From a virus (taxonomy: Duplodnaviria; Caudoviricetes): DNA of 35,887 bases. Positions 16,655 through 26,664 of this stretch are shown here, piece by piece; position 1 is the stretch's first letter; each line of letters opens with the position of its first letter. The stretch lies in IMG/VR virus record IMGVR_UViG_3300010048_000855, positions 1 through 35,887 of that record. One strand, 5' to 3'. A model generated the notes under the pieces. That model saw only the letters and a program-made list of their open reading frames with translations, did not search any database and had not been told where the DNA came from. Made by a program: the position numbers and the translations under genes.

Positions 16655-18348
16655 TGGCACTCAAAGTCGTCCCGTTCGGCGCATCAGAAGGTTTCTCCGA
16701 TCTCCCCATCGTCGGAACGCATTTTCATTCTCAAGGATTCACACCGACGCTCTTCGGGATGGCTGCGGCATATTCGATGGTGAATAAGGCATCGAGCGCA
16801 GGCATTCCGGGGCTCGGAGAGGTTCGTCATCAGGTCACGATCAACGGATTCCTCTACGTGCAGGATGACTCAGGGCAGATTTGGAAAGAAGGTACGAAGG
16901 GCGCCTACAATCTCTCACGCGTCCGCAACCCCGGCGGCAACGGAGCGGGCTTGCTCGCCGATCAGTACGGGAACCTGTATTACGCCTGCGGTTCGACGAA
17001 TAACCAGCTCGGGAAATTCGACGGGGCCGTATGGAACGACACCTATCAGAGCCTTCAATCGACGCAGCACCCGATGGACTGGTACGAGGGTACTGTCTTC
17101 ATTGCAGATAACGATACTGTAGATGCGGTGTTTTCGGATGGCTCATGGAGCAACAGCGCATTCACCCTGCCGAGCCAGATGACCATTGTCGGAATCCGCT
17201 CAGGCCCCGCGGGAGTGCTGATCGGCGCGAACAAAGGGAGCCGCGCAGCCATTATCCTCTGGGACGGCATCTCGCCCCGTTCGAAAGTACCGTGGAAGTG
17301 GGTACCCGGCCAGATCCTCGCGATCGAACCCTACGGGGAGAACTGGCTCGTTAAGACCGACCGCCAGGTATGGATCACGAACGGCATCACCGTCAAAGAG
17401 TTCTTCGGCATCTTCGACGACCCGCTTGCGCTCAATCCCTACACGAACGGGGATGTATTGCCGCAGCAGATGTCGCTCGTGAATGACGTACTTTTCTTCA
17501 TCATCAATAATTCCGTAGGCGATCTCACGCAGTACGGCAAGAAGAAGCCGGGACTGTATCTCTACTTCCTCACCCGGAAGGCATGGAGCTACATCCCCGT
17601 CGCCACGGGTGCTACATTCAACGTGAATGTGAATTCCATCATCACCGACCTCGCGAACAATCGCATCTCTGTCGCGTACAGCAACGGCGGGGTGAACTAT
17701 CTCGCACAGCTCATCAACCAGCCGCCGACCACCGCGCAGTTCACCTCCGAAGAACTGGGATTGGGCCGCATCAAGTACCAGCGCGTGTTCTTCGGGCCAA
17801 CTGACAAGACGCTCGAAGGGATCGTGCTCAACCTGAGCATCCTCAATTCCACGACCGAGCACCCCACGCTCTCATTCAATGTTTCTGTCAAAGCCTACAA
17901 CTTCAAGCGCCAGCTCTGGGGCCATGCGGTGACGAGCGCGCAGCTCACGAACCACAACCAGGTACAGGTTGACTGGACTGTGACCGGGACAGCAAAAGCG
18001 CAGGTGGGCGACGAAGTGACGATCCTTGAGGGAAGTAATGCAGGCTTCATAGCGCACATCACCGCCATCGCGAACCAAGGATTGACGAACGAGACGTGGA
18101 CGCTCGACCTTACTGCTGCAAACGCGACCGAAGCCGGTATGAATCTTCAGGTACAGCCGTTCACGCTCATCAAGCGCCAGTCTTTCACCACGCTCTCTGA
18201 ACTCAAAAATCTGTTCTTCAGCGTGAACAGCATCAAGGGCAAACAGTTCCTCGTGAAAGTCGTGCTCGACGGTATCCCATCCACCCTTTCGCTCGAAGTG
18301 CAGACTTCGTACTTCGTGTTCAACGACATCGGCTACGACCAAACATGA
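16654..18348 (+). CDS. putative tail nozzle/hub (beta-propeller, P22 gp10/T7 gp12-like)
   Basis: 564 aa beta-rich with repeated short strands; TAATG coupling to the upstream gene; podophage tail position. Confidence 0.6.
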   Translation: MALKVVPFGASEGFSDLPIVGTHFHSQGFTPTLFGMAAAYSMVNKASSAGIPGLGEVRHQVTINGFLYVQDDSGQIWKEGTKGAYNLSRVRNPGGNGAGLLADQYGNLYYACGSTNNQLGKFDGAVWNDTYQSLQSTQHPMDWYEGTVFIADNDTVDAVFSDGSWSNSAFTLPSQMTIVGIRSGPAGVLIGANKGSRAAIILWDGISPRSKVPWKWVPGQILAIEPYGENWLVKTDRQVWITNGITVKEFFGIFDDPLALNPYTNGDVLPQQMSLVNDVLFFIINNSVGDLTQYGKKKPGLYLYFLTRKAWSYIPVATGATFNVNVNSIITDLANNRISVAYSNGGVNYLAQLINQPPTTAQFTSEELGLGRIKYQRVFFGPTDKTLEGIVLNLSILNSTTEHPTLSFNVSVKAYNFKRQLWGHAVTSAQLTNHNQVQVDWTVTGTAKAQVGDEVTILEGSNAGFIAHITAIANQGLTNETWTLDLTAANATEAGMNLQVQPFTLIKRQSFTTLSELKNLFFSVNSIKGKQFLVKVVLDGIPSTLSLEVQTSYFVFNDIGYDQT

Positions 18349-19244
18349 CACTAGACGAATTCAACAAAGAGGGACAGGCAGGCAACGTACAGGTCGAAAC
18401 ATCCGACGAGGTGACTTCCGCGCCTACGCTTCCCGGAACGCCGATCGACCAGTTCCTTCCGATCCTCACGCAGCTTCAAAGCACGCAGCAGTGCCTCACG
18501 GCCGCGCCAACGTTTATCCCTCAGACGTTCCAGGAGCAGCTCCAGTTCGTTTATACCGGAGGAAATTATTATCTCTACCTGTATTTCAAGGATCAATGGA
18601 ACCAGTTCAGCATCACCGGCGGGTCTGGGGTCACGCAACTCCTCGCCGGCACAGGAATTTCCATATCTCCAGGAGGCGGCACAGGAACCGTCACGATCAA
18701 TAACACTGGCGTTCTCTCGCTCACCGCAGGCACCGGCATTGGGATTTCTGGCTCAACTGGCAACATCACCATTTCAGCGACCAGTTCAAGCAGCTTTGCG
18801 GTATCGAGCGGGACGATCCCTGACATTTCTATCGGCTCGATCAACATGACGACCACGCCGCAGAATAACGATACAGTGGTCACGCACGGCCTCGGGACGA
18901 CACCGAAGCTCATCACGATCACGATCAATAATTTCCAGGTACCGGGCAATTCGGGAGGAAGCCAGGTCTATGACTTTGTGTTCATGTACATCACCTTCGA
19001 CGGCAGTGGAAATGCCGTCTCTGGACTCACGAACTACACCGTCACCGGCAGCTCAATACCTGCCAATGGTGGGCTTACGACGGCGTGGACGAAGACCGCC
19101 TCTACTTCGTCAGGAACCATGAATCTCTCCCTGCAAAGTATCGGTCCGACGACCTTCACCTTCCGGGTAACGTATTACTGTAGCAGCGGAACGATCAGTG
19201 TCAGCCAACAGGTCACCGGAATCACCTATATGTGCCAAGGTTGA
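18345..19244 (+). CDS. tail fibre/spike protein
   Basis: GVTQLLAGTGISIS...GVLSLTAGTGIGIS repeats; VTHGLGTTPK (H-type-lectin-like) C-terminal domain. Confidence 0.7.
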   Translation: MTLDEFNKEGQAGNVQVETSDEVTSAPTLPGTPIDQFLPILTQLQSTQQCLTAAPTFIPQTFQEQLQFVYTGGNYYLYLYFKDQWNQFSITGGSGVTQLLAGTGISISPGGGTGTVTINNTGVLSLTAGTGIGISGSTGNITISATSSSSFAVSSGTIPDISIGSINMTTTPQNNDTVVTHGLGTTPKLITITINNFQVPGNSGGSQVYDFVFMYITFDGSGNAVSGLTNYTVTGSSIPANGGLTTAWTKTASTSSGTMNLSLQSIGPTTFTFRVTYYCSSGTISVSQQVTGITYMCQG

Positions 19245-19295
19245 CGACTGGCGAAAAAAATAAAACGTCCTACACTTAAACTAATCCCCCCCACA

Positions 19296-20036
19296 ATGAT
19301 CTTCAGCGAAGCGAAAACCTATCTCTGCAACAAGCTGAACACTTCTCTTACCGACATCGCCGCCGGGTCGAACAATCTTTTCGCGCTTCAGGACATCACC
19401 GATTACCTCAATCTCGGCTTGAAACGGGCGTGGGATTACAAGCCGTGGACGTTCACCGAGAAGACGTACAAATTCACGATCACCTCGCAGATCCTTTCCG
19501 CGGGGTACCTCGATTATCCGAACACGTTCGAGGACTTCAGCGCATATCGCCTGCTCATCGAAGGCTTCGCGGAGTTCGAAAAGAAGCTCTTCGCCGATTA
19601 CCAAAAATGGCTCACGGACTACCCGACCGACCAGGCGAAAATTTGGAGCGAGAACGAGCGGTTCATCTTCGTCAATACGAACGCCGTCTCGCTGAACCAG
19701 ATCGCCGACATCACCGGTAAGCGCCGCGCGCCGACGCTCGTGAACGACACGGACCTCTTGCCCTTCTCTCCGACCGATGACAACGATGAGAATTCTGGCA
19801 ATATGGCGATCGTGCTTCTTGGATACGCCGATGCCTTGAACTCCGAAAAGAAGAAAGACCCGAACACCGCGAAGCTCGTCGAGGCCCAGGCGTTCTCCAT
19901 TCTCGATAACGTGTGGAAACCGATGGGCGAGCGCAAGGCCCAGCAGCAGCAACAGAACCGCCCATTCTTCAATACGCAGAATTTCTTCCCCAACGGTCGC
20001 GCGGGGCGCGGAACGAATATCGGTAATTTCCCTTAA
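19296..20036 (+). CDS. head-to-tail adaptor (P22 gp4/T7 gp11-like)
   Basis: M.FSE.K...ITDYLN...W.F...LVNDTD.LPF adaptor-like pattern. Confidence 0.65.
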   Translation: MIFSEAKTYLCNKLNTSLTDIAAGSNNLFALQDITDYLNLGLKRAWDYKPWTFTEKTYKFTITSQILSAGYLDYPNTFEDFSAYRLLIEGFAEFEKKLFADYQKWLTDYPTDQAKIWSENERFIFVNTNAVSLNQIADITGKRRAPTLVNDTDLLPFSPTDDNDENSGNMAIVLLGYADALNSEKKKDPNTAKLVEAQAFSILDNVWKPMGERKAQQQQQNRPFFNTQNFFPNGRAGRGTNIGNFP

Positions 20037-20040
20037 TCAA

Positions 20041-20934
20041 GTGAACCCCACCGCAACTCCTTCGACAATCCAGACCATCACCGATCCGGTGACGAAGAAT
20101 ACATACTCCCGCGACACCGCCGTGGCAGGCAGCACGTTCCAGCCAATTGCGCCGGCAGCTCCGGCAGCCACTCCCGCCGCACCGAGCCCGCAGGACACTA
20201 TCGCGCAGGGCATGGGCTTCAAAGACTATAACGACGCCATTGCAAATCTCACGGCGGCACCGACTGACACGGAAATCAGCCTCTACAACAAGGCGTACTC
20301 CACAGCGGGCCTCGACCAGCTCGCTAATGAGATCGCTTCGAAGCAGAACGACCTCAACACGGCGACGGGGAATATCAACGACAACCCGTGGCTCGACGAA
20401 GCATCGCGCGTCGGCCAGGTAAAGAACCTCACGTCCCTCGCCACCGCCGACATCAAGAACCTTCAGGATAACTACAAGACGAAACTTCAGTCCGTTCATG
20501 ACATGGTGACCCGCGAAACGGCTGACAACACCGCGACGACGAATTCGAACAAAGCTAAGCTGACGGTACTCGAAGCGCAGGCAAAAGCCGCAGCCGCCGC
20601 AGCGACAAAAGCAGCAGCCGCGCCGAAGACGATCAAAAGCGCGAGCGGTGCGACGTACCAGTGGAACCCCAACACGCAATCGTTCGATCAGCTCTTCGCC
20701 GGCAAGACAAACGCTCCCAAGGTCTCGACTGCCGACGCTATTTCAAGTATGGATTCCGAGCTTCAGGGCGTGAAGGGACAGGATGGATACATCAACCCGG
20801 CAGACTGGTCTACGGCTATGAACGCGTGGATGGGAAATGGACTCTCCGCCGCATCATTTGTTTCGAATTTTAAGAAGTACGCGAACACCGCGGATCCGAC
20901 GAATAATTACACCGGCCTCACGAAGCCGAAATAA
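20041..20934 (+). CDS. internal virion/ejection protein
   Basis: A/T/N/Q-rich coiled coil; first of three large genes after the tail block; GTG start. Confidence 0.55.
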   Translation: MNPTATPSTIQTITDPVTKNTYSRDTAVAGSTFQPIAPAAPAATPAAPSPQDTIAQGMGFKDYNDAIANLTAAPTDTEISLYNKAYSTAGLDQLANEIASKQNDLNTATGNINDNPWLDEASRVGQVKNLTSLATADIKNLQDNYKTKLQSVHDMVTRETADNTATTNSNKAKLTVLEAQAKAAAAAATKAAAAPKTIKSASGATYQWNPNTQSFDQLFAGKTNAPKVSTADAISSMDSELQGVKGQDGYINPADWSTAMNAWMGNGLSAASFVSNFKKYANTADPTNNYTGLTKPK

Positions 20935-20936
20935 CG

Positions 20937-22928
20937 ATGGCAGCTCCCTTCGCAGGTCTCTTCAGCAGTTCGCAAGCCGCACCTGCGGCGCCTTCGGCTG
21001 CTCCTTCCCCGAAAACGCCCTTCTCGGGGCTCTTTTCAGCTAAGCAGGCCGCTACACCAGCCCCGGTTGCTCCTGTAGCCCCCGTACAGCCCGTTTCTCT
21101 CTCTCCGAATACAAACCCCGCCTCGACTGCTTCCGGCGTCCCTCAAAGCGCTTTAAAGGGCAATCTCGGAGGCGGGTATGGGGCGGCAGTGGACACCGAT
21201 CCGGCCTCTGGGAAGCCCCTTTTGACCTATGAGAATCCTGAAGCGAAGGCATCTCAACTCCTCTCCGATCGCACCGCGCCGAGTTTCGATCCGACCGTCG
21301 CCCAGAAGGTTGATCCAACGTCGCTCCAAGATCCCCGCATGAAGGAATCCGTGAGCCAGGGCATCAAACAATCCATCGGCGGCGACGCATTCGAAGAACT
21401 CGACCACATCATGCCGCTCGAACTCGGCGGTTCGAACAATAAATCGAATCTCCGCCTGGAGGCCGCAGACAATCCGAATCAGAAATACAGCGGGTCAAAT
21501 CCGACCCCGACTGATCCTCTCGAAAACCAGCTCGCCGCAGCAGTTCACAACGGCGATATGTCGCTCGTGGATGCGTGGAAGCAGATGGCCCAGGCAAAAG
21601 GGCTCACGTTGCCGGAGCAAGGAGGCAAGGTTCCGAATATCAATCAGACGCAGAACGATCAAAACCCGGACAACTCTATTCTCGGCAAGGCCGCGGCTTT
21701 CATCCGCAACGCCTTTACCCCTCAATCTGAGAACAAAGTCTTCAACGCGCTCGCCGGCAACGCGATCCTTCACCCCATCGACACGTTGAACACGATCGTG
21801 AGCAATGCGAAGAACGACATTGATACGACACTCAAGAATCTCGGCGCGAGTGCAAAGGAAATGGTAGCTCCGAACCAGAACGCCGCGCAGAGGACGTCGA
21901 ACATCCTCAATTTCCTCACCTCAGCTGCGACAACTGCGATGGCGCCAGTCTCCGAATCGTTCAACATCGCCTCTCAACTGCCGATCATTAAGCCCGCGGC
22001 CGACGCGACCGGCCTCGTATTCAACAAGACCGGCCAGATCGGAGGTTTCGCAGCCGGAAAATTGCTCGATTCTCTTCCCCTCTCACAGCAGACGAAAGAC
22101 ACGCTCTCAGAATCCGTGAAGAATGTCGGCTCGCTCGCCGGCCAGATCGTTTTGGGCGGCTACATCTTCGGCAAAGCGACCGGATTGATGGACGCGAAGG
22201 GCGCAATTGCCCCCGAAGCGGAGAAGTCCCTCGTTGAAGACGCCCAACAGAAGGCGCAGGAGGTCAATTCTGGTGCAAAGTCCGCTCCCGCAGCCGAAAC
22301 ACCGCCCGCTCCGGCCGCCGAGAAGACCGAAATCGCATCTCCAGCAACCGAAAAGGCTCCCGAAGTTACCCCTGTCGAGGGAACCGGGCAGACAAAGACG
22401 AGTGGCCTCGCATCTGGCGTCGAATCGAAGGCGATCGAGGAGAAATTGACGCGCGGATTCGGCGATTTGCCGCAGTACAAGAGCGTGAGCATGAAAGACC
22501 AGGCTGCGAAGGCCCTTGACCTCATCAATTCCGACTACAAGAACGCGAGAGACATTGCGATGGGGCGCGTCGCACCACCCGAAGGCATACTTCCTGAGAG
22601 CGTGTTCGTCGCGGTCGAAGACAAGGCGCTCAAAGAAGGCGATGTGAACACCCTGCGCGATCTTGCCACGCAATCTTCCCTCGTGGGCGAGGCTACAACC
22701 ATGGGCCAGAGGATCAGATCGCTTGCCGAACGCGACGAGGCATCTCCCGTTGAAGCTATCAAGGAAGTGCAGAACGCGAGGGAGAAAGCCGCGCAGGGCA
22801 AACTTGCGAAAGGTGACACGCTTGAGAAGGCAAAGGGAAGAATCGCAGACGACATCAAGCGCGAGATTAAGAAAACCGCACCGAAAAAGGAGGATTGGTC
22901 GTCCTTCGTAAATTCGATTAAATGCTGA
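20937..22928 (+). CDS. internal virion/ejection protein with an embedded HNH-like domain
   Basis: Low-complexity A/P N-terminus, ELDHIMPLELGGSNNKSNL motif, Gly/Ala amphipathic middle. Confidence 0.65.
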   Translation: MAAPFAGLFSSSQAAPAAPSAAPSPKTPFSGLFSAKQAATPAPVAPVAPVQPVSLSPNTNPASTASGVPQSALKGNLGGGYGAAVDTDPASGKPLLTYENPEAKASQLLSDRTAPSFDPTVAQKVDPTSLQDPRMKESVSQGIKQSIGGDAFEELDHIMPLELGGSNNKSNLRLEAADNPNQKYSGSNPTPTDPLENQLAAAVHNGDMSLVDAWKQMAQAKGLTLPEQGGKVPNINQTQNDQNPDNSILGKAAAFIRNAFTPQSENKVFNALAGNAILHPIDTLNTIVSNAKNDIDTTLKNLGASAKEMVAPNQNAAQRTSNILNFLTSAATTAMAPVSESFNIASQLPIIKPAADATGLVFNKTGQIGGFAAGKLLDSLPLSQQTKDTLSESVKNVGSLAGQIVLGGYIFGKATGLMDAKGAIAPEAEKSLVEDAQQKAQEVNSGAKSAPAAETPPAPAAEKTEIASPATEKAPEVTPVEGTGQTKTSGLASGVESKAIEEKLTRGFGDLPQYKSVSMKDQAAKALDLINSDYKNARDIAMGRVAPPEGILPESVFVAVEDKALKEGDVNTLRDLATQSSLVGEATTMGQRIRSLAERDEASPVEAIKEVQNAREKAAQGKLAKGDTLEKAKGRIADDIKREIKKTAPKKEDWSSFVNSIKC

Positions 22929-22929
22929 A

Positions 22930-24663
22930 ATGTTTTGCTTACCCCCTTCAGAGGTAAAGGAGTTCCTCGACCGGATCAAATCCGGCGACCTGAATCCCGA
23001 CAAATTGGCCGAGATGTCGAGCATCGAGCGCCGCGCCTATTTCGAGGAGTTCATGTCGAAGCCGTCGGCCGAGCAGACGAACGCTCAGTTCGAGTCAAAG
23101 CTCCTCTTGAAAAACCAGCAGCAGGGCATCATCAATTGGGCAAAGAAGGTGTCAGGCTTGAGCCCCGAGGCGCAGCGGGACATCATCGCGCGCGTGAACA
23201 AGATGGACGAGGTTTTGAATCCCAAGACTGCCGACATGTTCCTCAAGGATCTCGCAGCCCACAAACTCGGCACCACCGTCACGATGGAAGAAGCTGCCAG
23301 GCTCTCGGATCTTGCCAAGCAGTCGGCCGAGGCCAAGACCGCGAGGGATGCGAACCCGAATAACGAAAACATCCTGAAGTACGGCCAATCAAAACAGGCG
23401 TTCGGCGATTACCTCGATTCGGTGAAACCGAGCCCGAACCGCGGCATCAAGAACACGCTCATCGACATTGCGAACATCCCCAAGTCTGCGCTCACCTCCA
23501 TCCTTCACTTCTCCGCGATGGGAGTCCAGGGATGGGGCATGGCAAGCACACCGGAGTTCTGGAAAGCAGCCGCCGAACAGTTTAAGTATTTCGCGAGCGA
23601 AAACAATTACAAGAATGCCGAAGCGATGATCTCCGGCCACCCCGATTACGACATCGCAAAATCGGCGGGGCTTTCCCTCACGAAGATCGACGGCAAACTG
23701 AACGACCGCGAAGAAGCTATCCAGTCGAGCTTGCTCCAGAAAGGAAGCGCGTGGCTCTCTGAGAAGACAAAGACACCCGACATCGTTCGCGCATCCTCCC
23801 GCGCATTCACCGGGTTTATGAACTACCTCCGCTTCAGCCGCTTCGAAGATCTTCTGAACGCCGCGCGGCTCAAAGGCGAGGATGTATCTAAGGGTTCCGA
23901 TGCGACGAAGGACATCGCGCAGATCGTGAACAGCTTCACGGGGCGCGGCAGCAAGATCTTCGGCATGGACGTGACACGAAACCAGTCCATGCTCAATACG
24001 CTTTTCTTCTCTCCCCGCAAGATGGCCGGCTCGTTCGACATGTTCAATCCCATGACGTACCTCGACCCAGAAATGAGCCCCACTGCCCGCGCAGCAGCGA
24101 TCCGCCAGCTCACCGGCAGCCTGCTCGTTACCGGGGCGCTCTTGGGCGTGGGAAAACTCATTGGGGGTCAGATTGAGACGAACCCTATCGGCACGAACTT
24201 CGGCAAGATCAAGATCGGGAATACGACCATCGACCTCACCGGAGGCAACGCTTCGTATGTGCGCTTGCTATCCCAAATCATCGCGAACAAAGAAAAGAGC
24301 TCAACAGGAAAGGTCACGCAACTCGGTTCGCCGATCTACACAACCTCCAAGACGACCGGGAAACAGCAGAAGACACCCTTCACCGCACCGACGCGCCTCG
24401 ATCAGTTCATCGAGTATGGACGCGACCATCTCGCACCGGTCGTTTCAACGCTCGTGGATTGGGCGGCAGGAAGCAACGTCGTTGGACAGCCCTTCAGTTG
24501 GAAGCAGGAAGCGTATCAATCACTCACCCCACTCGTCAGCCAGGCGTTCTATGACATGTATAAAAACGATAGGGCGACTTTCGACAAAGTGTGGCCGCTC
24601 ATTCCTTCGGTCTTCGGGTACTCGACAAGCTCCGCAGCGCCAGCAGCACCAAAAAAGAAGTAA
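22930..24663 (+). CDS. large internal virion/ejection protein
   Basis: 577 aa helical; FFSPR and NP.GTNFGKIKIG motifs and a hydrophobic segment typical of DNA-delivery proteins. Confidence 0.6.
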   Translation: MFCLPPSEVKEFLDRIKSGDLNPDKLAEMSSIERRAYFEEFMSKPSAEQTNAQFESKLLLKNQQQGIINWAKKVSGLSPEAQRDIIARVNKMDEVLNPKTADMFLKDLAAHKLGTTVTMEEAARLSDLAKQSAEAKTARDANPNNENILKYGQSKQAFGDYLDSVKPSPNRGIKNTLIDIANIPKSALTSILHFSAMGVQGWGMASTPEFWKAAAEQFKYFASENNYKNAEAMISGHPDYDIAKSAGLSLTKIDGKLNDREEAIQSSLLQKGSAWLSEKTKTPDIVRASSRAFTGFMNYLRFSRFEDLLNAARLKGEDVSKGSDATKDIAQIVNSFTGRGSKIFGMDVTRNQSMLNTLFFSPRKMAGSFDMFNPMTYLDPEMSPTARAAAIRQLTGSLLVTGALLGVGKLIGGQIETNPIGTNFGKIKIGNTTIDLTGGNASYVRLLSQIIANKEKSSTGKVTQLGSPIYTTSKTTGKQQKTPFTAPTRLDQFIEYGRDHLAPVVSTLVDWAAGSNVVGQPFSWKQEAYQSLTPLVSQAFYDMYKNDRATFDKVWPLIPSVFGYSTSSAAPAAPKKK

Positions 24664-24695
24664 ACAAAAACAGCGCCCGAAGGCGCTGTCTTCTT
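24664..24695. terminator. bidirectional intrinsic terminator
   Basis: A-run, ACAGCGCC-CGAA-GGCGCTGT, then CTTCTT; lies between convergent genes. Confidence 0.75.
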
Positions 24696-25254
24696 AGAAC
24701 GTCACGCTCTCTCCTGAATCCGTCTCAATCGTTGCCGTCGTGATCCCCGTGGGGCTTCCGCTATATTCAATCGTCATCGTCTCGCCCGGCGCGACTTCGT
24801 TCACCGACTGCCCGTTGTCGTGCCGCGCACACACGTCGAGACGGGGATTGCCATAGACCGCTTGATACCCGAGGCTTCCCAATCCCGTGCAATTGAAGTG
24901 CGCTTGGAACGTCCAGTTCGGAGCATCGCTGAAACTCAGATGATCGAACGTTCCGTTCACTTCCACATCCTTGACGCGGATCGCTTCATTGAGTGTGTTC
25001 GCGATCGTGACATACCCGAGCGTGCCTGATGCGCTGAAAGAGACGGGAACCGAAAGAACTGGAGCCGGAGTGACAGCTTCCGTTTGGCTTTCTACGACGG
25101 CCGCAACTTCCGGCGTGCTCGTCATAACCGGAGCGACATCGAGCGAAGCCACCTGAACGGTGCTCGACTGCATTTGCGCCAACTGGAGTTCCAAGAGGTT
25201 GACTTCCTGCTGGAGTGCCTGGATCAGCGCAAGAATCGCCAAATGATTACCCAT
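24694..25254 (-). CDS. hypothetical exported/surface protein with an N-terminal LIQALQQEV..L..QLAQ coiled coil
   Basis: Coiled coil, T/P/V linker, Ig-like C-terminus with a Cys pair; AAGGTCG 20 nt upstream. Confidence 0.65.
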   Translation of the reverse strand: MGNHLAILALIQALQQEVNLLELQLAQMQSSTVQVASLDVAPVMTSTPEVAAVVESQTEAVTPAPVLSVPVSFSASGTLGYVTIANTLNEAIRVKDVEVNGTFDHLSFSDAPNWTFQAHFNCTGLGSLGYQAVYGNPRLDVCARHDNGQSVNEVAPGETMTIEYSGSPTGITTATIETDSGESVTF

Positions 25255-25386
25255 ATTTTTAGTGTTTAAGTTTTCGACCTTTTTTCGACCCTACATGCCT
25301 TCACCCTACACCGATGGCTCTAAATTGCAAGGAGTTATACACATGGCGTACTGGACAGTTCTCATAGAAATTTCATACTGAAGCCA

Positions 25387-26271
25387 ATGGACCCGCACGG
25401 CTTCGATAATCTTGGGCACCTTACATCTCCGTACGATGCGCGGGATTTCAAGCTCAATAAAGTAAATAAGCTGATCGGCGCCGCCGGCCCGATCCCTCCT
25501 TCCTATTTTGCTGATCTCTCCAAACTCCCGGTGCTCATGCAAGCGCAGAAGCCATCTTGCATCGGCCACGCGACGGCCGCGGGAATGATGCAGAAGGATA
25601 ACGGCGCATACTCGTGGGACTATTCGCCGCGATTCCTCTACGCTCTCTGCAAACGCGACGACGGCATCGCAGCAGACGGAACCTATTATCGCCAGGCTTT
25701 GAAAGAAGGCACCGCGTTTGGCGTGTGTGACAACGCACAATTTCCGAATGACGTGACGCTCGACACGCCGACGTATCAAAACGCCTCTCTGATTCCGCAA
25801 ACCGCCTTCGACATCGCAAAGAGCCGACTGGTGAAGAGCTACGTCGCATTGAGCGATCTATCGTTCGCCGGATTGAAGCAGGCTATTTATCAGAACGGAG
25901 TAGTCCTTTTGGGGGTGGAACTGGGAAACGAATGGTGGACCGCGCCGAACGGTTCAACTTCATGGGCGAAGGCCGACATCCTTCCGTTGCGCCCACCGGC
26001 CACAGTCACCTCAGGCCATGCGGTTCTTATGTATGGGTACGACGAGAACTACATCTATATCCGCAATTCATGGAGTGCCGAGTGGGGCGATAACGGGAAC
26101 GGCTATTTCGGCCAGGACTATATCCCGTTCATCCAGGAAGGGTGGACGTTCATGGATCTCGCGCCCGAAGTCGTCGCCCAGCTCAAACAGAAAGCGGACA
26201 TCCTCACGAAGATCGTCGGGCTCTATCAGCAGATTCTTTCTCTCGTCAAAGGTCGAAACCAGAGTCAATAA
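25387..26271 (+). CDS. C1 (papain-like) cysteine peptidase in the endolysin position
   Basis: Q...SC (oxyanion Gln, catalytic Cys), SPRFLY, GHAVLMYGY (His), RNSW (Asn), WGDNG. Confidence 0.9.
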   Translation: MDPHGFDNLGHLTSPYDARDFKLNKVNKLIGAAGPIPPSYFADLSKLPVLMQAQKPSCIGHATAAGMMQKDNGAYSWDYSPRFLYALCKRDDGIAADGTYYRQALKEGTAFGVCDNAQFPNDVTLDTPTYQNASLIPQTAFDIAKSRLVKSYVALSDLSFAGLKQAIYQNGVVLLGVELGNEWWTAPNGSTSWAKADILPLRPPATVTSGHAVLMYGYDENYIYIRNSWSAEWGDNGNGYFGQDYIPFIQEGWTFMDLAPEVVAQLKQKADILTKIVGLYQQILSLVKGRNQSQ

Positions 26272-26275
26272 ATTT

Positions 26276-26440
26276 ATGACCAGCGCAAACGCGACACTTC
26301 TCACCGCCGCGATCGCTTTCATCGGCGTCGGCGTGGCAAGTGTGCAAGCCGGTAATTGGATTGCCGGTGTTATCGAGTTCGTTGTCGGTATCGGTGCAGT
26401 TGTCGTCTACGAAAAGCTCCCTCCGTCAACGACTGCTTAA
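26276..26440 (+). CDS. putative holin (54 aa, 2 TM)
   Basis: MTSANATLLTAAIAFIGVGVASV...WIAGVIEFVVGIGAVVVYEK; follows the peptidase. Confidence 0.6.
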   Translation: MTSANATLLTAAIAFIGVGVASVQAGNWIAGVIEFVVGIGAVVVYEKLPPSTTA

Positions 26441-26445
26441 TGCAG

Positions 26446-26664
26446 TGATCTCCCCCACGAGATCAGAACTTCCACACCAGCAGCAGCTACGGACGGGACG
26501 GTCCAGCTAAGCCGCGCGGCTTGCTCCTACAGGGCTGCTACTGGCGTGGGCGCTCTCCAGAACGTCCTCTCCTGCTTCGAGAAGCCTCACACCGAGCTTC
26601 GGGCGATTCGACCCGCCCGGTATCGAAGCAGGATAGGGCGCTCTTTGCCCTGATCCGCACATTC
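26446..26664. ncRNA. tandem multi-stem RNA elements upstream of the DUF932 operon
   Basis: Hairpin 26446-26465; stem 26472-26487/26534-26549 with two inner hairpins; stem 26570-26580/26623-26633 with two inner hairpins. Confidence 0.5.

Noticed and set aside
14331-19244. Diversity-generating retroelement target in the fibre genes
   Set aside because: No reverse transcriptase, and no template/variable repeat pair differing at adenines was seen
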